A stretch of 64,000 bases of DNA from assembly GCF_964355755.1 (NCBI RefSeq), contig NC_092671.1:40186304-40250303 (forward strand), read 5' to 3'. Source of the DNA: Antedon mediterranea (taxonomy: Eukaryota > Animalia > Echinodermata). The position numbers and the translations under genes were made by a program. The notes below the pieces were generated by a model. It had not been told where the DNA came from. It saw only the letters and a program-made list of their open reading frames with translations, and did not search any database. Below are positions 55,501 through 64,000 of this stretch, piece by piece (position 1 is the first letter of the stretch; every line of letters starts with the position of its first letter).

Positions 55501-58500
55501 TTTTAGCATGTTGTCCTTACTGTATGTGCTCTCTCATTTCTATTCATTCATATGTTAAATTGCTTGCTACACCGTCAAGGATCAGGGCCCTTTGTTAAAT
55601 GAGGTGAGTTTTGTGGTGTTTGATATTAAATGCGGTCTACTGTATGTGTTCGCATAATAATTTCGGCCAAATAAAACAAATTGTTAGTTTCACATCTCGT
55701 CAAATTGTGGGTTTTTTTTTCTACTATTTAAAATTCAATAGTATTAAAAAGAATCAAATTCAATTTCCGGAGATTAACTATAGTAAAGATAATTTTAAAT
55801 CCTGGAGATGTGAAACTACATGTTTTTATTTGGCCTTGCATATGTGTGCTATAGGTTTGCAGATTGTTATTTTGCAGGCTATGTACTGTACTTCGTAGAG
55901 TGTTTTTGCAAACATTTTGTAGTTTTCATTTGTCATTAGTTGTTTGTTCATGTTTGCTGTGCCTTAATAAAACAAATTTGTTTTACAGCACCTACACTAC
56001 AACCCATAAATATTGGCATCCCATAATTTATTTCTCATTCATGTAGCGCTATTGTAGTCTCATTCATTTTAAGTTCATCTTCAAAGCTTGTCAAATTTTT
56101 GCAATTACATTTACTAATTAAATAATGAAAGCCTAGATTAAATGCAATGGACTTTGATCAGGAGGAACAATATGAGCTGCGGTTGCCAATCATTTTAATA
56201 TACATTATCATCAAAGGATTATCAATTTCATTCATTTACTAATTAAAAATTCATTTATACTATAGAAATAAGGTTTAACAATCAAGCCAGTGTAATTTAA
56301 GAACATTTGAAATAATAAAATTAACCTTTATACAAATACATTGTTGTGTCAATTGAAAATTATATTTATTAAATAGGTAAAACTAAATAAACCACTTTTG
56401 AAAAATATTATAATTGTATTTATGTAAAAAATATTCAGAAAGAGGAAGAAACCAAATTAATAGATGACCCACCCAGTGAAAAACATGTGACCATATCCCC
56501 CGCAGCAGAGGCGGGGGAATCGACTGAAATTGAAACGGTCGTGATGAGAAGAAAATCCAAGGTGAATTGCATGCCGAGAATATGCTACCTGGCACTGAAT
56601 ATCCAAGCATATGTTTAGTTAAATTATTAATTTTCAGTTTATTTTATTTTAAACACAGAGTATTCAATGTCTTTATTACCTATTTTGTTAAAAAATAATT
56701 TTACAGGCTATGTTATTACTAAAGCCTTTATAATTTATAAAATTATTATAATTATGCTATTGCTAGAATAGCGAGTTTTACTAACAGGTATTTTTAACCA
56801 AACTAGGCTAATGCATGCATAGTAATAATCCTATCATACTTGTGCAACTATGCATGTCAAAACTATTTATATATTAAATTGCCATATAGTTGTATATACA
56901 TTATAAAAAAAATGGTGTTGAATAAATATATTTTACAAATTACCATGTGCCAATTGTATACCATTGCACAATATTTTGGAAGAGACCAATATATCATGTA
57001 TTATGATAATGATAGTCCTTTAATAACCTTGCACTATTAGTAATTGCAGTCATTATCACATGGTTGTAATTCATACTGTAATTTACTGTATTATTTAACT
57101 GCATCTCATGAATCTCAATAATGTCTTGGCCATCATTTGTATTGTGTAATGTTGCATGTTATCACATTGAATACACTGTAATTGACAATTTGATGAAAAT
57201 TAGGAAAATATAAATATAGTGGAATTACCAGTTTTTGGTAGCACTATCTACAGTATGATTGGGATCTATTTTTATATCTCCAAGACATCTGTATCATTGT
57301 AAACTATCAACTTCTATACTAATGCATAATGCATGTTTACTAACAGTAATATCTAACAATTGTATTCACTTCTTCAATTGTGTTGTTTTCCTAATGTCTA
57401 TTTTTTATTCAGGTAACTACTGAGTTGTACTTGTACCCATAGTTTCATCTCTAATTTTGACCTAGAATCCTCCTTCTGTATCTCATAAAAAATTGTGATG
57501 GGCATATTCACCAATGAAAATTTAGATAGAACCCTTAAATAATACACTAAGTATTCCAATTAATATTAATTTAAGAATTTTACTTTGATGCTAAATTTCA
57601 AAGGTGTGAATAGTGAATACTGATTTATAGTATTAAATAGGTATTATAAGATGATATAAACAAATTAATGCCAATCTTACATCATTGCAAACTCAAGAAA
57701 AACAAAATCACAAATCTGCTTTTAATGTGCTTTCTGTTGCCTAATAAATGTTTAATAGTCTGTTTTTGTAAATCCAAGGCCATCTGCAAATCTACCAGTA
57801 CACTGCTGCCACTAATCATGAATATTAATAAAAGAAACACTCATTAATTTAAGAAATAAATTAATAGTCCTACGATGAATATTATAGCATTTGTAAAAAC
57901 AGAAATTATTATTACAGCTCATATATATTTGTAATTTTTAAGTGATTCTAAAACTATATCACAGTAATATTGGTATTATAATTTGTATCCAGTATAGAGG
58001 TAGGTAGTTATTCACCAATTAAAAGCCCAGGAAATATTTAAAAATATACACAGCCTGAATTATTATTTTGATAATGTAAACATTTAAATACAAACACTTA
58101 TTCTTTATGCTGATTTTTAAATTTCTAGCCTCGAGAGGAAGGAAAGGACAAATACTTTAGAGATGGTATTAGAAAGATCGACTACGTGCTTGCCTACAGG
58201 CTGAAGGGTGATGAAGAGTACGATGCCAAACGAGGGCGTAAACGTACACAATTCCAACTGAACCTGGAGGAAGAAGGCTTAGAGTTGGAGACGGAGGATC
58301 CTGCTGTAAGTACAACTCATTCTGATTGGTCACATTGTTAGCCAATCAATTTAAAACCATGTATGATCATTGTCATGGCAATAAGCAAGGATTGATGGGA
58401 TACATTATATCATTTATATACTCATATTATATTGTCATATGTGTGGATTGATACCCATATTTATATTTCTCATCAGAAATCATTGAATTTTTGGATAGAA

Positions 58501-61500
58501 GAAATTAAATGATTTATTTAACAAGTTATTTCTTTAAAACAATAAAGCAACATTCTCATTTTTTACTGAAATTACAGCATTGGAACTACAAACAACCCAG
58601 TCTTAATTAGTTGCAATTTATCAAAATAGCATTCATGAGTGAACTTAGTGTATTAAACAACCTCCAGATAGTAAATAAAATAATATGCATAATTCTAGAT
58701 ATTTTTATACCAAATTTGTTTTCATAGGAACGTGAAGATGAAACGGTATGCTACTTACTGTGTTCTGGTGTTTTTTTTCTGGTTTTTTAGGCTAATTTAG
58801 TTTTTTTAGATTGTGGTGATGGTTTGATTCTCATTCATTTGCACAGTTATGATCTTATTGAAAATTTGATGTGATGCGTTTAATATTGAAAAAGAATACT
58901 AAATAACAAATTAAAAGAATATTAAAAAAATCTTTAGAATTTTTATAATAGTATTTGTTAAATTGTGGAAAAATAAAAACTAATATATTAACTAATATTT
59001 CCCTGGAAATGTTCAAAAATTAAATAAAAAATATAAATTATTCAATCAGTATTTTGGACTATTTAATCAAATCCCACTCTAGCACATGCTTTCATTGTTA
59101 AGTCATGTCTGTTTTAAGCTGGTAATGTTTTTAATGTTAAAATGTAATTTGTTTTTGTTTTTATTATAAATGATGAGATGGTTTATAATGAATCAAATTA
59201 ACTTGACCACTTATCTTCTATCAGGAAATCAACTACTATATTCCTTTCCACAATGTGTTTTTTTTGTCTTTTTGTCTTTAGGATATGGGATAAAAAATAA
59301 TAGTTTTTAATAGTGTTAGACTAGTTTGATAGACATCATTTTTAGGTTTTCTAGGGTTATTGTTCTGCTCTAGTACTAGTAGGATTTTTAGGCTAAAATT
59401 GCATGCAATATTCTCCTTTAAAAAATGTAATCTATAGTTGATAGTAAGGATTCAGTTATATTCATTTTAAGATTGACTATAATTACTATATTTAATTTAC
59501 CATAGAATTTAATTTGAAACATAACATGACATAATTCCTACATCACTATAATTTGTTCTAATTAATGATGTGGTTACCATGGTGATTTATGATTATGTGG
59601 TATACATCATTTCTGGTATTATTCAGCATGGTTTTGGTTCCATCATATTGGTATATGGATAATATATTTGACTCCAACTAATAATTATATTATGGTATAG
59701 ATAAATAATGTGGTTTGTTTTTGGCTATTTGAGTGGATTTTGTAAATATTCATTCAATTTTGTTTTAACAAAATGAGACTTATTTAATACGTCACACTCA
59801 CTGACAATCTTTATTCTACATTGTTTTTAAGTCAAATTTACAAATATAGCGTATTAGTTAAAATGTTTTTTTTTTAAACATTTGTTAATTATTTGTTTTT
59901 GTTGTTGTACCCTGGTCTGCTATTGTGAATGTTAGTGCTCATACAATAGCTTTATGTTGCATGCGTTTAGTGAGATAGTAATTGCCTTCAACAATCCCTA
60001 GTATTAGTAATCTCGTTTCTTGTACCATATTTGGCTATAATGGCAAAAAATGAGGTATTTACTGTAGTTTGCATGGCTGTTGTAATTGCAATTAAGTTAT
60101 GATCACCAACATGTAATTTTGACCAAAAAAAATATGCAAAATGCGGCTTATTTATCTACCACAAAATTAGCTGCATTTTTAATCAAAATCCCCATTTATT
60201 TTTATGGAATGCAACAAAATGATTCATTAAAAATATATATAATTTTACCTGCATTTAATAATGTAATAATTCAATTGAATAAAACACTTTAGTTTTTCTT
60301 GAATATTGTTTGAGCATGTAAATAATAATTGTATTATAATAACATCTTATTTTTCATTTCATTTTGGATCATATATTGCATGCTTGTTGTTGTTTTCTGC
60401 CACATCTTATTTCAGAACCCAGAGGAGGTAAGTATTTAAGTAACTATCACATTTACATATTCATCACATATTCACGCCACACACAACATATCACTTGGGG
60501 ATGAGTAACACTCTTCCCTGTATAATGATGATTCTTAGTATTTTGGATTTTAGGCAATTTCAGTCAAAGCAAAAGCTGCAGTCATTCTTTAAAAATTATC
60601 CCAAAAAAAATGTAGAGGTTAATATATTAAAATGATACATTTATATATACCAGTCCATTTGTTTTTTTTATCCTATAAACCTTTCCTTTCTTTGTTTCTT
60701 TAACTTTTTTTCTTACTATTTAAAAAGAAATGTTCTTTAATTATTTTTTTTTTATTTTCTGTTTTTCTTTTATGCAAAGTTTCAGTTTGTCAGTCTTTTT
60801 TCTTTTCTTTGTTTTTACTTTTTTCTTTTTTTTATCATCTTATTCTTAGTTTCAGTTTTTCAGTGTTTTTTTTTCTATTTTTCTATTTATTTATTTATTT
60901 TGTTTTACTATAATTACATATAAATTAAGCAATTAATGATGCAACATTAGTTACAATAAATTAATATTAAAAACAATATTAGTATGCAATTAATTATTAA
61001 TATTTAATATAAACAATCTGATTGTGTGTATTAAAAATAAAAATGCATGATAGATGTGACTAACCACAACCCCACAATAGCATGGACAACCCCACAATAT
61101 ATTAACCTTCAGTATGGTATACAGTAATACAGAGTTTATACTGTGAGCTGTTTTATTTATTATTTTCTTGACCATTGTTTTGTGCAGGATTCAGCTGACT
61201 CTAAAACATACTTCATAAAAGTTCATTGTCCGTGGAAGGTGTTGTGTCGGATGGCTGAGGAGATGAAGATCAAAAAACCAATCCAGGTGATGCTCTCTCT
61301 GATTGTTTTTCTCCATCAGTACTTTCCAAATTACACATACTGTCTATTTAGTTTACACTGACCAGGGTTTCCAAAGTTCACTAGTGTAATATTGATAACA
61401 GTTCATTCTTATATAGTGCATATAAGCAAGCTGTCAATGCGCTGTACATAAATTAAAATAAACGAGAAGTGGCAATAATTTAAATGAATGAAAAACTTGT

Positions 61501-63809
61501 TTGAAAAGGCAAGACTTCAACTGGGTCTTGGGAGAGTACACGGTCTGATTGAAATTGGTAGGGAATTTCACAGAGTGTAGAATAATTTATATTTACATTT
61601 GGTAAACTGCAGAAAATGAGTTCAAGTTTACACTTAGCAAACTAGCAAGTTCAAGCGCGAACACAAACATAAATGACACAGCCTTAATGCAAACTAACAT
61701 ACATGTTAATAGTGATACAGTAAGAAAGAAGAAGAGTATGGGTTAATATAAACATGGAAGGTTTTATCACCTAAAAGGTGTTCTTATGAGAGGAAAGGTC
61801 CTGACCATTGATTTCAATTATTTACAGGAGAATGACTTGCCTTATCCAAGAGGCATATTTGATTGTATTCCACATCCATTTAACTATGATGGTGATCTGA
61901 TCAAAGAAGAGGCCAACTACTTTACTGCAGCCTTCTCGCATCATCGTATTGATGAGTAAGAATCCATTTTATGAAGACGTTTGCATGCAATACGATTCCT
62001 TTATAGACTACTTCTTCTATGCATTCGGTTTTTCACATTCAAAATATTTGTTGTTTTGTTTTTAGATTTATTGTTGAAGACAGAGAGTCATTCTTTACGA
62101 ATTCTGAAAGAAATAGAATGGTAAGTAATTACAATTTCATGGTAATATATTTTCTTATCAAATTATTTATATGGAAATATAACTAATAATGATTTGCATA
62201 TTAATTTAAAAATTAATCCCAATTAATTCATTTTAGGTGTATGAAATTCTGGAAAGAACTCGATATGATCCTGACAACAAAAACAAGTTTGGTAAGTTTT
62301 TTATAATTATAAACATATTTGATAACTTTGATGTTTTATGTCTGTTTTGGAGAGTGTCTCAATTTCTGTCTTGTCTGGGATATTTCATTGGACCAATTAA
62401 TGATATATTATTATTTACTTTACCTATTTAGGTATTCAACATCTTATTGGTAATGGTTCGTATGCTGCTGGTTACCCCCTTCATGATGGTGACTACAAAA
62501 GTGAACACTCTATTTTATCAGGAGCACAAAATGACAGACATGTTAGTATATATGTACAAACATTTGGTCCAAATGAAGTTAAAATCGATAGTATATTGTT
62601 CGGAAAATAAATTTGAGAATGTCTCTACATTTCTGTTAAACTTTACACTTAAATCATTGAAATGTATCCATCCACACTTATTTAATATATTTATTTTTTT
62701 AATTCATTTATTTGCTTTTTATTTATTTAATCACACTCTTGTTTACAACAAGGCAAACCAATTCTGGCTTTTGAGTGAACAGCAAATCATTAACTACCAA
62801 ACAAACAAAGGAATCAATATTTTTCATCAAGAAGAAAAAAAAAATTATTAGTACAATGAAGTAGACAAATATGTCAATGTTTCACTGTTAATACTATGTA
62901 ATAGTTAATACTATGTAATAGTTAATACTATGTAATAGTTAATACTATGTAATAGTTAATACTATGTAATAGTTATATCATTGGAATTAAAACAAAAATA
63001 CAATGTTTCTATTGTTTTAGTTGCTTCATGAGACTTGGGGCCGATTTGGAATGTGGTACAAATTCCAACCACTGGATCAAATCAGGTATGTGTAAAATGA
63101 TTTTAAAAAAAACATATAATAAAAATTATTATGATATTAAGATTATTGATATGAAAAAGGATATGATGATAAAAATGTTTCCAAATATTCTACTAAATAT
63201 TTTCTTTTCCAAATATCCTTTTTTTCCTAAAGGGCTTACTTTGGTGAGAAGATTGCCTTGTATTTTGCTTGGCTAGGCTTCTACACCTACATGTTAGTGC
63301 CAGCATCAATTCTTGGTTTGCTTGTGTTCATCTATGGCTGTGCTACCTTAGGGAATGATGCTGTCAGGTATAGTTATTATTATTATAGCCAGTATAGTAT
63401 TAAATCAAATCAAATATTAATATTTTTGAATATTTCACAAAGTAATGTGTAGCGTTATACCATTTTTATTGCGTATATTACATACAAATAGCTTTTGTAA
63501 CAGCTTTATTCAGCTGCCATTCGGGCACTGAATGCTTGTCAGTATACCGTATGAGAGTGATGAGATGTGTTTTTGTTAGATATTATATTTGCTCTGAGAA
63601 ATAAAAATATATTTTATATATAAATGGAGGTAATGGATATGTATACATAGATTAAATGTATGTTCTATTATGCTCTTCTAGTCTCCAAAAACTTTTCTAA
63701 CCGTTTCTATTTTAGTCAAGGAATCTGCGACAGTGACAAGTTCATGTGTCCATTGTGTAATGGAAAGTGTCCGTACTTTAGTTTATCAGACAGTTGTGTT
63801 TATGCCAAG
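43414..63809 (+). CDS. ANO: Anoctamin / TMEM16 family gene (ANO1-7 type), 3'-partial; 5' end uncertain
   Basis: Core exons 58129-58305, 61188-61286, 61828-61955, 62066-62120, 62237-62291, 62432-62541, 63021-63085, 63233-63367, 63716-63809. Motifs [55 protein letters not shown]. Confidence 0.93.
44744..44804 (+). CDS. ANO: Candidate ANO alternative first exon B
   Basis: AAACATGG Kozak context, [20 protein letters not shown], donor G|GTAGGT phase 1. Confidence 0.55.
48491..48878. repeat. 32-bp minisatellite, about 12 copies
   Basis: ATTTGCTACATACAGTAAAGTGTGTATAGCGT. Confidence 0.95.
49640..49943 (+). repeat. 40-bp tandem array, about 7.5 copies, each with CTG|GTAAGA
   Basis: AGTTAGTTGGTACTGGTAAGAATTGGATTTGATACATGTC. 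Confidence 0.95.
49955..51863. repeat. 48-bp minisatellite, about 37 copies; source of the spurious 601-aa ORF
   Basis: ATACAGTATAATTGGAGTTGATTCATATTCATGTTTACTTTATACCTT. Confidence 0.97.
52058..52228. repeat. About 27-30-bp degenerate tandem repeat, about 6 copies
   Basis: ATGGATGTGTGCTTACTTTAGCTGCAC. Confidence 0.85.
54263..54303 (+). CDS. ANO: ANO N-terminal exon (41 nt)
   Basis: ttcttgtag/gtgagt, phase 1 to 0, [13 protein letters not shown]. Confidence 0.65.
56439..56561 (+). CDS. ANO: Candidate ANO cassette exon (123 nt)
   Basis: Open phase 0-0 GC-richer island [21 protein letters not shown]...RRKSK, cag/gtgaat; weak pyrimidine tract. Confidence 0.55.
58129..58305 (+). CDS. ANO: ANO exon, dimerisation domain start
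   Basis: [15 protein letters not shown]...[17 protein letters not shown]. Confidence 0.93.
58728..58745 (+). CDS. ANO: Candidate ANO 18-nt microexon (EREDET)
   Basis: tttgttttcatag / gtatgc, phase 0-0. Confidence 0.45.
60416..60427 (+). CDS. ANO: Candidate ANO 12-nt microexon (NPEE)
   Basis: Long pyrimidine tract, tttcag / GAG|gtaagt, phase 0-0. Confidence 0.55.
61188..61286 (+). CDS. ANO: ANO exon
   Basis: [25 protein letters not shown]. Confidence 0.93.
61828..61955 (+). CDS. ANO: ANO exon
   Basis: ENDLPYP...[13 protein letters not shown]. Confidence 0.9.
62066..62120 (+). CDS. ANO: ANO exon
   Basis: [18 protein letters not shown]. Confidence 0.9.
62237..62291 (+). CDS. ANO: ANO exon
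   Basis: [18 protein letters not shown]. Confidence 0.9.
62432..62541 (+). CDS. ANO: ANO exon
   Basis: [20 protein letters not shown]...NDRH. Confidence 0.92.
62887..62975. repeat. 17-bp tandem repeat, 5 copies
   Basis: GTTAATACTATGTAATA. Confidence 0.85.
63021..63085 (+). CDS. ANO: ANO exon
   Basis: [22 protein letters not shown]. Confidence 0.93.
63233..63367 (+). CDS. ANO: ANO exon, transmembrane helix 1
   Basis: [34 protein letters not shown]. Confidence 0.95.
63716..63809 (+). CDS. ANO: ANO exon, Cys-rich extracellular loop
   Basis: [29 protein letters not shown], gtaagt. Confidence 0.93.
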
Positions 63810-64000
63810 GTAAGTGATGGAATGGACCATTATCTGACAGGGGTGTTTCATAAATGTTTTATATATTCGAGTTGTAGCTCTCTTCTCGGAGAGAATAGGC
63901 TAATGTCGGTTTATCCAGGTAAGCTAGCACTTCCAACACCACTTTTGGTTGTTTGTGTATTTTTTTGTAAACAAATTTGAATTTGAAATTGAAATCTTTT

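Overview
AT-rich, intron-rich animal genomic DNA, probably from an invertebrate; it is not prokaryotic, and most listed ORFs are spurious. Three spliced genes can be reconstructed by hand from splice sites and protein motifs. (1) The 3' part of a SHANK/ProSAP gene (+, 3415-23438: post-ankyrin linker, SH3, PDZ, proline-rich region, SAM). (2) A complete 8-exon RABL2 gene (-, 30060-40658, 237 aa) with a clear U12 minor intron. (3) The 5' part of an anoctamin/TMEM16 gene (+, about 43400 to beyond 64000) with candidate alternative first exons and microexons. Introns hold MITEs, a probable non-autonomous Helitron, CR1/L2 LINE ends, a CORE-type SINE, a perfect (AAAT)n of more than 3 kb and many minisatellites. 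The most striking observations are tandem arrays whose units are copies of real exon-end/5' splice-site junctions, and the SHANK-RABL2-ANO gene neighbourhood, which echoes both the human SHANK3-RABL2B and SHANK2-ANO1 loci. All family assignments come from recognised motifs; no database searches were run.
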